The notes under the pieces are model-generated. The model was given only the letters and a program-made list of their open reading frames with translations. It had not been told where the DNA came from and ran no database searches. From positions 64,147-128,146 of the forward strand of contig CALRBE010000001.1 in NCBI GenBank assembly GCA_943354005.1: a DNA stretch of 64,000 nt, in the 5' to 3' direction. Origin of the DNA: an uncultured Candidatus Saccharimonas sp. (GTDB taxonomy: Bacteria > Patescibacteriota > Saccharimonadia > Saccharimonadales > AWTP1-31). Within the stretch, counting starts at the first letter, position 1. Each line of letters starts with the position of its first letter. The position numbers were made by a program, and so were the translations under genes. Shown here piece after piece: positions 8,809-17,537 of the stretch.

Positions 8809-11409
8809 CTATTTCCTTTTACCTTTTTTACGTCGTTGTCGCTCTGCCTTATGTGCTTTTTTACGTGACTTTTCAGTAACTTTCTTTTTTGTACCACCTT
8901 TTTTAGCGCCGGAACCCGAAAAGTCTTCTTCAGCAAATTCATCAGCTTCTATGATCCTATCCGCATTATCGACTGAAGATCGGGCTGCTAACGTTAGGTC
9001 AGTCTCAACAGGTTTTGCGCTGATTTCAGTAGGCTCAGCTGCAAATAATGATCTTATTACGTCATGACGTAATTCAGCCTGCATCGCCTCAAACATATAC
9101 TGTCCTTGACGTCGATACTCAACAAGAGGATCTCGCTGACCAACACTAATCCAATGAATTCCCTGGCGCAAGTGATCCATGTTTTCAAGGTGCTGCATCC
9201 AAAGATTATCAAGCAGCTGTAAGTAGATATCCCTTTCAACTTTACGCATTAGATCGCTGCCAAAAGCAGCTTCATGTTCTGCATATAAATTCATAACAGC
9301 AGTCTCAAGTGCTTTAGGGAATTTTTCTGCCGGTGAATCAAATAGTTTATCTAGGACTTTTTCACTAAACGGGAAGACTTCACGTAAAGATGCTTCGTAG
9401 AGATCAGTCGTAGAGAGTGGAGATTCTGCTAGTAACTTCGCTTCTTCTTCCAGATATAGCTTAATTCTCTTACTAATGTCAGGCTGCATAAGAATTTCAC
9501 GTCGCATTATGTACGTTGCTTTTCGGTGTCTGTTCATGACATCATCGTATTCAACGACATTCTTACGCTGATCAAAGTTATGACCTTCAACCTTCTTTTG
9601 TGCAGTTTCAAGACTCTTAGAAATTATTTTGTTTTCGATTGGTGTCTCGTCATCGACTTTCAATCTGTTCATAACGCTAGCGATGCGCTCTCCACCGAAA
9701 ATACGCATTAGATCATCTTCGGTGCTGACGAAGAACTGTGTGACACCAGGGTCACCCTGCCGCCCTGACCGTCCACGTAACTGGTTATCGATACGTCTTG
9801 ATTCATGTCTCTCAGAACCTAGAACGAAAAGTCCACCAAGTTCATGAACCTCTTCAGATAGTACAATGTCCGTACCACGACCGGCGATATTTGTGGCTAG
9901 CGTAACACTGCCTCGCTCACCTGCTTTAGCGACGATAGCTGCTTCTTTTTCATTATTCTTAGCATTCAGTAGTTGATACGGTACTTTTTGCTTTGAAAGT
10001 AGACGAGCAAGCTCTTCATTCTTCTCAATCGAAACTGTACCGATAAGCACAGGCTGTCCTTTTTCGTGTAGCATCTTTACTTCTCGAGCAATAGCCTTAA
10101 ACTTCCCTGCTTCCGTCTTATAGATTCTGTCTGCTCGGTCAATACGGGCTAAGCCTCGATTAGATGGAATATCTAATACATCAAGTTTGTAGATCTGGTG
10201 GAATTCTTCACTTTCTGTCTGAGCAGTACCGGTCATACCCGCAAGCTTTTCATAAAGTCGGAAATAGTTCTGGAAGCTAATCGTTGCAAGAGTCATAGAT
10301 TCTTCCTGAACTTCAACGCCTTCTTTTGCTTCAATTGCCTGGTGCAGACCTTCGTTATATCGCCGGCCCTTTAGTAATCGTCCAGTAAACTCATCGACAA
10401 TAACGACTTCACCTTCTGATGTAACAACATAATCCTTATCGCGCTTGAATAGTGCCTGAGCTTTTAGAGCTTGGTCGAGGTGATAAATGGTTCGAATGTT
10501 ATCACTTGCGTAAAGGTTATCGATTCCGAGCGCTTTTTCAATAAACTCAACGCCTTCATCGGTAAGCACAGAAGCCTTCTGCTTTTCATCAATTTCATAA
10601 TGCTTTTCTACCTTAAGCTGCCGTGCAACTTTAGAAAATTGTGAATATGCATTACCACTTGTCATTGCGGGAGCAGAAATAATAAGAGGGGTTCGTGCCT
10701 CATCGACAAGAATTGAGTCAACTTCGTCTACGATTGCAAAATGCAGATCACGTTGTCGAAGCTGTTCAACTTCACGAACCATGTTATCCCTCAAATAATC
10801 AAAGCCAAATTCATTATTAGTCCCATAAGTAACGTCTGCCGCGTAAGCCTGTTGTCTTGTACAAGGCTTAAGGTGAACTAATCGCTTATCATTATGCTTC
10901 TTATTCTCGAAAGCTTCATCGTAAATATAAGATTCATCAGCAATAATTACTCCAGTAGTCAGTCCTAGGTAGGCATATACTTGACCCATCCATCCTGCAT
11001 CGCGTTGAGCAAGGTAATCATTGACGGTAACGACGTGCACACCTTTACCGCTTAGGGCGTTTAGGTATACAGGAGCTGTTGCAACAAGTGTTTTTCCTTC
11101 ACCAGTCTTCATTTCGGCTACGTTGCTTTCGTGGAGCGCCATGCCTCCAATAAGCTGGACGTCAAAGTGACGCTGGCCAAGACTTCGTGATGCTGCTTCG
11201 CGAACTACTGCGAAGGCATCAGGCAGTATTTTATCAATTGATTCTTTATTAAGTCGCTCTTTTAAGATCTTCGTCTGCTCTTTAAGCTTAGATTCAGAAA
11301 GTTTTTCATATTTAGGTGCTAATGCATTAATTTCGGCTACTTTTTTTTGTAGTCGCTTAACTTTTTTTGCTTGAGGGTCGCCCAAGACTTTTTTGAAAAC
11401 TTTATTCAT
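8809..11409 (-). CDS. secA: preprotein translocase ATPase SecA
   Basis: 866 aa. Motor motifs (MKTGEGKT, DEVDSILVDEARTPLII, LATNIAGRGTDI). Lys/Arg-rich C-terminal tail without a Cys-rich zinc motif. Confidence 0.97.
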   Translation of the reverse strand: MNKVFKKVLGDPQAKKVKRLQKKVAEINALAPKYEKLSESKLKEQTKILKERLNKESIDKILPDAFAVVREAASRSLGQRHFDVQLIGGMALHESNVAEMKTGEGKTLVATAPVYLNALSGKGVHVVTVNDYLAQRDAGWMGQVYAYLGLTTGVIIADESYIYDEAFENKKHNDKRLVHLKPCTRQQAYAADVTYGTNNEFGFDYLRDNMVREVEQLRQRDLHFAIVDEVDSILVDEARTPLIISAPAMTSGNAYSQFSKVARQLKVEKHYEIDEKQKASVLTDEGVEFIEKALGIDNLYASDNIRTIYHLDQALKAQALFKRDKDYVVTSEGEVVIVDEFTGRLLKGRRYNEGLHQAIEAKEGVEVQEESMTLATISFQNYFRLYEKLAGMTGTAQTESEEFHQIYKLDVLDIPSNRGLARIDRADRIYKTEAGKFKAIAREVKMLHEKGQPVLIGTVSIEKNEELARLLSKQKVPYQLLNAKNNEKEAAIVAKAGERGSVTLATNIAGRGTDIVLSEEVHELGGLFVLGSERHESRRIDNQLRGRSGRQGDPGVTQFFVSTEDDLMRIFGGERIASVMNRLKVDDETPIENKIISKSLETAQKKVEGHNFDQRKNVVEYDDVMNRHRKATYIMRREILMQPDISKRIKLYLEEEAKLLAESPLSTTDLYEASLREVFPFSEKVLDKLFDSPAEKFPKALETAVMNLYAEHEAAFGSDLMRKVERDIYLQLLDNLWMQHLENMDHLRQGIHWISVGQRDPLVEYRRQGQYMFEAMQAELRHDVIRSLFAAEPTEISAKPVETDLTLAARSSVDNADRIIEADEFAEEDFSGSGAKKGGTKKKVTEKSRKKAHKAERQRRKKGKRK

Positions 11410-11514
11410 GAAATAACACTCCTCTGGAACTTGTCAGTAGTTGATATGGTATAGATTCTATTGTATCGCATTTATATGATACAGAGGAACGTAATTTTTA
11501 CTCTATTCACTTTA

Positions 11515-11886
11515 CTAGCTAGCCTGCGCAGGATCCCGTTTGAACTTATTCATAATTCTTTGGTGCAGGCGCTTAGTTCCGTGTGTTTCTTTATACTTAA
11601 TAATCTGGTTTTTTAATTTAGCTTCGACAACGTCAACTGCCGCAAACATATTAATTGTCGTCTCTTTAACGGTGATCGTATCATGTGGTAAATGTAATAT
11701 AACTTCAGCAGTACATTCAACACGAGTTTTAATTTTTTGTTCTTTTAGTTTGACATCAGCATGTGCTGATTCTCGTGCGTGCAATGGCATGTACTGGTCC
11801 ATTTTACCAATCTTCTTTAATACGTATTTCTTTAGGTCATCTGAAACTTCTGTGTGTATACCGCTAATCTCAATTTTTTGGATCAT
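11515..11886 (-). CDS. hpf: ribosome hibernation promoting factor (short HPF/RaiA family)
   Basis: 123 aa with a typical S30AE-family N-terminus (IEISGIHTEVSDDLKKYVLKKI). Sits upstream of secA, as in Bacilli. Confidence 0.85.
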   Translation of the reverse strand: MIQKIEISGIHTEVSDDLKKYVLKKIGKMDQYMPLHARESAHADVKLKEQKIKTRVECTAEVILHLPHDTITVKETTINMFAAVDVVEAKLKNQIIKYKETHGTKRLHQRIMNKFKRDPAQAS

Positions 11887-13178
11887 ATTTTTTCTTTTCC
11901 TCCCATAAATGGTTTTAATACTTCCGGAATCATCACGTCACCTTCTGGTGTCTGATAATTCTCAATAATCGCGATTAATGGACGCTGCGAAAAGACTGTC
12001 GCATCGTTCGTATGTAACAGTTCAACCTCGCCAGTTTCACGTCTTAATCGAGTCTTCATAGCTCGAGCTTGGTAATCTGTAATGTAATCTGCAGTATGAG
12101 TTTCTCGATATGTATTTTGAGATGGTAGCCAAGCTTCTATATCAACTCCTTTTGCATTAGGCCTACCAATATCAGCAGTACACTTCTCTAGTACGTGATA
12201 TGGCAACTTCAGTTGCTGCATGAGATACTCTTGCACTGCAACCAAAAATAAGTGCTCGTTAAGTGAGGTTTCGGGTGTCGTGAAACTTTCAATCTCAAGC
12301 TTATTGAATTGATGTAATCTAAAAATCCCTTCGGTGTCTTTTCCATATGTACCAGCTTCTTTTCGAAAAGCCGTGGTATAACCAATGTAACGAATTGGAA
12401 GCTCTTTTTCATCCAAGATTTCATTCATGTACATCGGAGCTATCGTGTGCTCTGCACTTGCATTCATCCATAGATCTTCATCTTCGAACTTGTATGTTTG
12501 TTCTTCTCTATTCAGTCTTCCTGTTGCCTCAAATACTTCTTTTTTAGCAACTGCTGGAGGTAACACAGGAATAAAAGGCTTGCTGCTCACTTGCAGGTCA
12601 TTCTCTGCGATGATTTGCTTCAATATTTCCTCATCTCCAAGTACGGCCATTCCGTATTGCCAGAGAGCAAACTCAAGACGAACTAAGTCTCCTTTTGTAT
12701 ATACAAAGCGGGCACCGGCAATTTTTACCGCTCGTTCTTTATCGAGCCAGCCTTTCGTCATCGCAATATCCGCATGATTCTTGGGCGTAAAATAGAACTC
12801 AGGCTTTTCGCCAACAGTTTTAATAACCTGGTTATCTGCTTCCGTCGTGCCAACAGGTACTGAATCAAGAGGCATATTTGGGACAGCTTTTAGAAGCGCT
12901 TGATATTCATGTTCCAATGGATCGAGTCTAGCTTCAATCTCAGTCAATTCATTTTTAATAGCTTTCCCGCGTTCAAGCTGCTCCATTGTAGGCTTACCGG
13001 CCTTTAAAGATGCGGCATGCTCGTTGCGGTCAGCTCGCAGGCTTTCGATCTGTGCAATCATTTTTTTGCGTTCAGTATCAATTTTTAATAACTGCCCCAC
13101 ATTGATTTCATATCCCTTTTGTGCGGCCTTTTCAGCTACAGTCTCAGGGTTGTCTCGAATTATCTGTATATCAATCAT
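11883..13178 (-). CDS. serS: seryl-tRNA synthetase
   Basis: 431 aa. N-terminal coiled-coil arm and class II motif 2 (TTAFRKEAGTYGKDTEGIFRLHQFNKLE). Confidence 0.95.
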   Translation of the reverse strand: MIDIQIIRDNPETVAEKAAQKGYEINVGQLLKIDTERKKMIAQIESLRADRNEHAASLKAGKPTMEQLERGKAIKNELTEIEARLDPLEHEYQALLKAVPNMPLDSVPVGTTEADNQVIKTVGEKPEFYFTPKNHADIAMTKGWLDKERAVKIAGARFVYTKGDLVRLEFALWQYGMAVLGDEEILKQIIAENDLQVSSKPFIPVLPPAVAKKEVFEATGRLNREEQTYKFEDEDLWMNASAEHTIAPMYMNEILDEKELPIRYIGYTTAFRKEAGTYGKDTEGIFRLHQFNKLEIESFTTPETSLNEHLFLVAVQEYLMQQLKLPYHVLEKCTADIGRPNAKGVDIEAWLPSQNTYRETHTADYITDYQARAMKTRLRRETGEVELLHTNDATVFSQRPLIAIIENYQTPEGDVMIPEVLKPFMGGKEKI

Positions 13179-13236
13179 ACCTACAGTATACGTTGCCTTA
13201 TGGTGTTATGCTAGGGAAAAGCTATGTAGAAATGGC

Positions 13237-14016
13237 CTACGAGCGCTTCTGCTTTAGCGCATCGAGTGTCAACATCGTTCTTTGTCTGGCGTATGAACAA
13301 AAATCACATTCCCCACCCATAGCTGCTGTACCTACTGCAGGCATATCGCCGTCCATGCATAATTTCATTTTCTTTAATGTTGGCTCAATCCAGGCGTCAT
13401 CTCCAACATATGGGATAATTTTAGTCTTAAACTCAACCTTATTAAAGAAACCGTCGAGATCCATTCGACCATTCGTATAAACGAAGTAGCCGGTGTCACT
13501 CACCTCGTAACCATTCTGTCTTAGTAGCCATTGGTAGACTTCTAACTGTCTTTTGTAGCTTATCTGCCAAGCCGCATCAATGCTTACTTCCCTATCCTTA
13601 GCTGTCGCCTTGTAGTCAACGACGATCATTTTACCGTCCTCGTCCATCCATAGATCGTCTATTGCACCGAATACATGCAAGTTTGTAGGCTTATGTATAA
13701 CCACAATACCAGTAAAGTTATGGCGCCATGTTTCAAGCTCATCATGCTTCATGGGCACAGCTTTAACCTTGTACTCCGTCATAAGTGGATGCGGCTCTGC
13801 TTTTATTCGGTAACTATCAAACTCTTTTTTAAAGAGTTCATCGATTGCTTTATTAATATTAAATGGCGGACTATTCGGCCGAGTAATCTTTAGGCGCACA
13901 TCTAGCCAGAAGCAACGCGGGCATTGCATAAATAGCTCTATCTTGCTTCTACTGACCTTAAATGGGCTTACTTGGCCAGGTTGATACGGCTGACTCCGCT
14001 CTCTCCAATAATTCAT
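13237..14016 (-). CDS. PD-(D/E)XK nuclease, Cas4/RecB-like with four-Cys cluster
   Basis: 259 aa. N-terminal SxSxxxxFxxCPRC, catalytic GAIDDL ... VVDYKAT (D...DxK), QLEVYQWLL (QxxxY), and C-terminal C...CDFC. Confidence 0.65.
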   Translation of the reverse strand: MNYWRERSQPYQPGQVSPFKVSRSKIELFMQCPRCFWLDVRLKITRPNSPPFNINKAIDELFKKEFDSYRIKAEPHPLMTEYKVKAVPMKHDELETWRHNFTGIVVIHKPTNLHVFGAIDDLWMDEDGKMIVVDYKATAKDREVSIDAAWQISYKRQLEVYQWLLRQNGYEVSDTGYFVYTNGRMDLDGFFNKVEFKTKIIPYVGDDAWIEPTLKKMKLCMDGDMPAVGTAAMGGECDFCSYARQRTMLTLDALKQKRS

Positions 14017-14020
14017 TGGC

Positions 14021-14704
14021 TTATTGTAACAGCCTTACGACAGAAGTAACTGCTGCAGTTTCAGCTCTAAGCGTAAAATCATGAATATTGAGATGGGCTA
14101 CAGAAAGATTATTGAAAAGCTCCTTTTCAGAATCAGACCAGCCACCCTCAGGGCCAATGAGCACACCTTGCGGTCCTTCACTAAGCTTAGCTCCTTCACT
14201 ATCCTGCTCACAAATAAACAGCTGGATCTTATCTTTATACTGTTCAATGGCCGCCTTAACGGGTAGCGGTTCACGAACGTTAGGGATATCGCTTCGTCCG
14301 CACTGTTCTGCTGCTTCGATAATAATCTTTTCTGCCCGCTGATGATTAAAGCCTGTCTTTTCAGACCGGTCTGCAATTAGAGGAATAAAATGGCTAACTC
14401 CAAGTTCACTACATTTCTGAAGTACCCAATCATTTTTATCTTTTTTGAGCAATGACCAGAAAAGGTAAAGATCTTTTTTGGGTAACTGTCTTTTGTAGTC
14501 AGTAATATGTTTAAGATGGGCTTCTTTCGGACTTATTTCTATAATTTCGTATAAACGGTCATGCTCTACTCCATCAAACAAAACTACCTGCTGACCGGGA
14601 CGAAAGCGTAGCACTTTGTTCCATTGATGCAGCTGCTCCGGCTGCTGAATCCAACAATCCTGCTCTAGCTTGATGTCTGGTGTATAAAATCGATGTATCT
14701 TCAT
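14021..14704 (-). CDS. rsmE: 16S rRNA (uracil1498-N3)-methyltransferase RsmE family
   Basis: 227 aa. HRFY N-terminus, PUA-like N-domain, and SPOUT C-domain motif LIGPEGGWSDSE. Confidence 0.85.
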   Translation of the reverse strand: MKIHRFYTPDIKLEQDCWIQQPEQLHQWNKVLRFRPGQQVVLFDGVEHDRLYEIIEISPKEAHLKHITDYKRQLPKKDLYLFWSLLKKDKNDWVLQKCSELGVSHFIPLIADRSEKTGFNHQRAEKIIIEAAEQCGRSDIPNVREPLPVKAAIEQYKDKIQLFICEQDSEGAKLSEGPQGVLIGPEGGWSDSEKELFNNLSVAHLNIHDFTLRAETAAVTSVVRLLQ

Positions 14705-15945
14705 TGTCTCTCTAGTATAACTAATGTTTCAATATGTGGTGTTTTTGGAAAAAAATTATACCCTGCAAAGCTTGAGATTTTATAACTATCTTTTAGTAAT
14801 GCAACATCCCGTGCTTGTGTCGCAGGATTACATGACAAATAACAAACAAGTGGAGGCTTAACGGACAGGATTCTTTCAATAACATCCCTATGTAGGCCAC
14901 TACGCGGTGGGTCAACAATAAGTGCTACATCTGATTCAATATACTGCAGTGCTTTCTCGGTGCTTGCGTGCACGACATCAATGTCTTGATTCCGTGCATT
15001 ATGATTAGCCATATCAATATTCGCTTTATCGAGTTCAACAAGTGTTTTTGTATTGCCGATTGCTAAACCAATTGTTCCTACGCCAGAGTACATATCCACT
15101 TTTTTAGTTTCATTTTTTGTAGCGTCGGCTATTTCTTTGAGGGCCATTTCAAAAACCGGTAAATTTACCTGGAAAAATCCACAAACGTCATATGTAATTG
15201 GTGTATTGTTTAGCTCGTCAGTAAGTGTAGTTGTCCCCTCTTGGTAGAGAAGTTTTGTAAGGACAGAAGCAGGACTCTTAGGGTTTGAATGATATACTTT
15301 GAGGCCTTTTATTACCTTAGGCTTCTTAAGCTCTACAAAAGTTTCAGGTTTTACGAATAAGGCGGCAACCACATCCCCGTTTTGGTCACATCTAAATATG
15401 ACTGATTTTAAATCGCCTGCACGAATCGTGTGGGTATTTAACTCTTTTAAAAATTCTTTAGCTGCTGAGTTTATCTGAGGGAGCGCTAATGCACTTTCTG
15501 TGACTATCTGTTTCTGGTGTGATCCGCGGTTAAAGAATGCATAATGAAGCCCGGTGTCATCTCCATAGAATGAGAACTCTATTTTATTTCGATAACCAAA
15601 TGGCACATTGTCTGAAAGCATTGAGAAATCTGGTAATTCCACGTGCTCTCTAGAAAATGTCTCGCTAACGATTAGTGCCTTTTGAATATTTTCATATTCT
15701 AAGTCCATGATTTGCCATGGTGATGTTGCAAGATAAATATCTTCTTTGGGCTCTATACGATGAGCTGAAGGACTTATTATTTCCTCTGCGATACCTTCGA
15801 CGAAGTCCTTCCTTGTTCTTGTGAGGCGCGCTCTTACGACCTCTCCAGGTAGAGCATTCCAGATGAATGCCTTTCGACCGTCTCCAATAACCCCCATACC
15901 TTGCCCGCCATGTACGAGCTTATGTATTGTCAGTTCTTCGGACAT
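14701..15945 (-). CDS. 23S rRNA (uracil-5)-methyltransferase, RlmD/RumA family
   Basis: 414 aa. N-terminal TRAM-like domain; FFQVN, DPPRSG and catalytic-Cys motif LSCNPATQARD. ATGA overlap with rsmE. Confidence 0.85.
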   Translation of the reverse strand: MSEELTIHKLVHGGQGMGVIGDGRKAFIWNALPGEVVRARLTRTRKDFVEGIAEEIISPSAHRIEPKEDIYLATSPWQIMDLEYENIQKALIVSETFSREHVELPDFSMLSDNVPFGYRNKIEFSFYGDDTGLHYAFFNRGSHQKQIVTESALALPQINSAAKEFLKELNTHTIRAGDLKSVIFRCDQNGDVVAALFVKPETFVELKKPKVIKGLKVYHSNPKSPASVLTKLLYQEGTTTLTDELNNTPITYDVCGFFQVNLPVFEMALKEIADATKNETKKVDMYSGVGTIGLAIGNTKTLVELDKANIDMANHNARNQDIDVVHASTEKALQYIESDVALIVDPPRSGLHRDVIERILSVKPPLVCYLSCNPATQARDVALLKDSYKISSFAGYNFFPKTPHIETLVILERQ

Positions 15946-15952
15946 AGATTAA

Positions 15953-16756
15953 TTAAGGACGAAGAGTTCCAGAGAATACTTGCCATGCAAGAAGTGATTT
16001 AGCAACAAGGCTTAAAATCATGTATGTGCGTTCTCCGTAAAGATAGTTAGACCATTTGCCAATTTTCTTATACTGAAGATACATGTTGATTGCAAAGGTG
16101 TTGAACAGTATGAATAGGCTTGCAAATATGAAGTAAACGAATGTTGGAATATCACCTGAACCATAAACGTTAGATCCAGTGACATAAATTGCAAAGATGA
16201 TCCAAGGAACTATTCCTGCAAGACATCCAACTTTGTAAGTAAACCATTTAACTTTCTTCTCACCCTGGTTCTGTAGCTCCATTGCTAGTCCCATAAGGTT
16301 CATAATAAGATCAAGGGCAAAGATCGCTACAATCGTAGATAGATCAGAGATTCCGCTCAATAGGCCGATTGCGACCATCATGATGCTGGCACTTATGCCA
16401 TATTCAATCCAGCGCGCCTTATTGATTCCTTTTTTAAGATCAGATTCATACGTTTTACGATAAACTGTTGCGATGATTGTATGTGCAATAGCTGATACGA
16501 TAAAGAAAGACGCAACTACGTAACCAAGATTAACGCTAAATATTGTACGTGTACCCATTGCCAGGATTGGTTTACCAGCTATTTCAGTTGCCAGTGTGTC
16601 CTGAGATAAAAACGTTGTGGTTATAGGCCATGTAACAGCCTTACTTAGCGCAATAACAGCTATAGCTTGTACTGCATGCAGCACGGCCATTGACTTGTTC
16701 CATTTAATTAATGATTGGATGGTGATTGGTTTGTTGGTTGATTTTTTAGATTTCAT
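15953..16756 (-). CDS. heliorhodopsin
   Basis: 267 aa from the ATG at 16756; the track ORF extends to 16852. Seven TM segments. By my recollection of heliorhodopsin 48C12 it is near-identical in blocks: VLHAVQAIAVIAL, ARWIEYGISASIMMVAI, GCLAGIVPWI, YLQYKKIGKWSNYLYGERTYMILSLVAKSLLAWQVFSGTL. The Schiff-base Lys of SLVAKS is encoded at 15998-16000. The counter-ion Glu (RWIEY) and both His residues are conserved. Confidence 0.9.
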   Translation of the reverse strand: MKSKKSTNKPITIQSLIKWNKSMAVLHAVQAIAVIALSKAVTWPITTTFLSQDTLATEIAGKPILAMGTRTIFSVNLGYVVASFFIVSAIAHTIIATVYRKTYESDLKKGINKARWIEYGISASIMMVAIGLLSGISDLSTIVAIFALDLIMNLMGLAMELQNQGEKKVKWFTYKVGCLAGIVPWIIFAIYVTGSNVYGSGDIPTFVYFIFASLFILFNTFAINMYLQYKKIGKWSNYLYGERTYMILSLVAKSLLAWQVFSGTLRP

Positions 16757-16762
16757 ACTAAA

Positions 16763-16798
16763 ACTATACCACATCCTGAACGCCGCTAATGGTATACT
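16763..16798. promoter_or_regulatory. divergent promoter pair (heliorhodopsin / sortase)
   Basis: Minus strand: TGgTATAGT (-10 at 16763-16768), then 6 nt, then the ATG at 16756. Plus strand: TGgTATACT (-10 at 16793-16798), then 10 nt, then the ATG at 16809. Both are extended -10 type with no Shine-Dalgarno sequence. Confidence 0.55.
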
Positions 16799-16808
16799 GA
16801 TGTAGAAT

Positions 16809-17537
16809 ATGACAAGAAAAAAAACAAAATCAGCTTCTATTATCCTTGGCAATAAAGGAAAGCTACTTACTAATACACCTCAAAAGAAAGCCCCTAATAC
16901 ACCCCGTTCTATCTGGCGGGCTTTTAAAAAAAGAAGTAAAAAATCAAAAATAATCATTGTTGGAGCTATTGTAATAGCAATAGCCAGCTTTATTTTATTA
17001 ATCCTACCGTACCTACCCCGCCTTAGCTACCTTATTCGAAAACCAAAAATAGATGCAAAGCCCTATAGTCAAGCTGCCGCAGATGCAAAACAAGGTTCTA
17101 CGAAAATTAGTGATGATGCAATCCAAAAGCTTAAAGGTAATAGACTAATTCTTCCATCAATTGGTGTAAACGCAGAGATCATAGATGGACGAGAAGTATA
17201 TGTAATTGGCAAAAACCAAGGTGTCTGGAGAGAGACTAAGAATATAGATCCTACAAAGGACGGCAATATCGTTCTTGCCGGACATCGCTTCTTATATACT
17301 GCTAATAGCGGAGGCTACTTTTATAATCTTCCCGAGCTTAAGCTAGGTAGCAAGATATATGTCCGATGGAAAGATACTGTCTACGAGTATGAGGTATACA
17401 ATACCAAGACTGTTCTTCCGACTCAGGTAGACATTAGAGATAAAGATCCAAAAGTTTCAAAGAAGTTAACAATGTATACATGCTACCCCTTAGGAAGCAC
17501 ATCGAAACGATACGTTGTTGAAGCAAAACAGTTATAA
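16809..17537 (+). CDS. sortase family transpeptidase
   Basis: 242 aa. N-terminal basic region plus TM. Catalytic His (VLAGHR), Cys (LTMYTCYP, TLxTC-like) and Arg (SKRYVVEA). Confidence 0.85.
   Translation: MTRKKTKSASIILGNKGKLLTNTPQKKAPNTPRSIWRAFKKRSKKSKIIIVGAIVIAIASFILLILPYLPRLSYLIRKPKIDAKPYSQAAADAKQGSTKISDDAIQKLKGNRLILPSIGVNAEIIDGREVYVIGKNQGVWRETKNIDPTKDGNIVLAGHRFLYTANSGGYFYNLPELKLGSKIYVRWKDTVYEYEVYNTKTVLPTQVDIRDKDPKVSKKLTMYTCYPLGSTSKRYVVEAKQL

Noticed and set aside
16757-16852. 32-codon N-terminal extension of the heliorhodopsin ORF (MPRIIEADFVFF...)
   Set aside because: The extension would run through the divergent promoter region. The internal ATG at 16756 is preceded by TGgTATAGT-N6 and aligns with the normal heliorhodopsin N-terminus.
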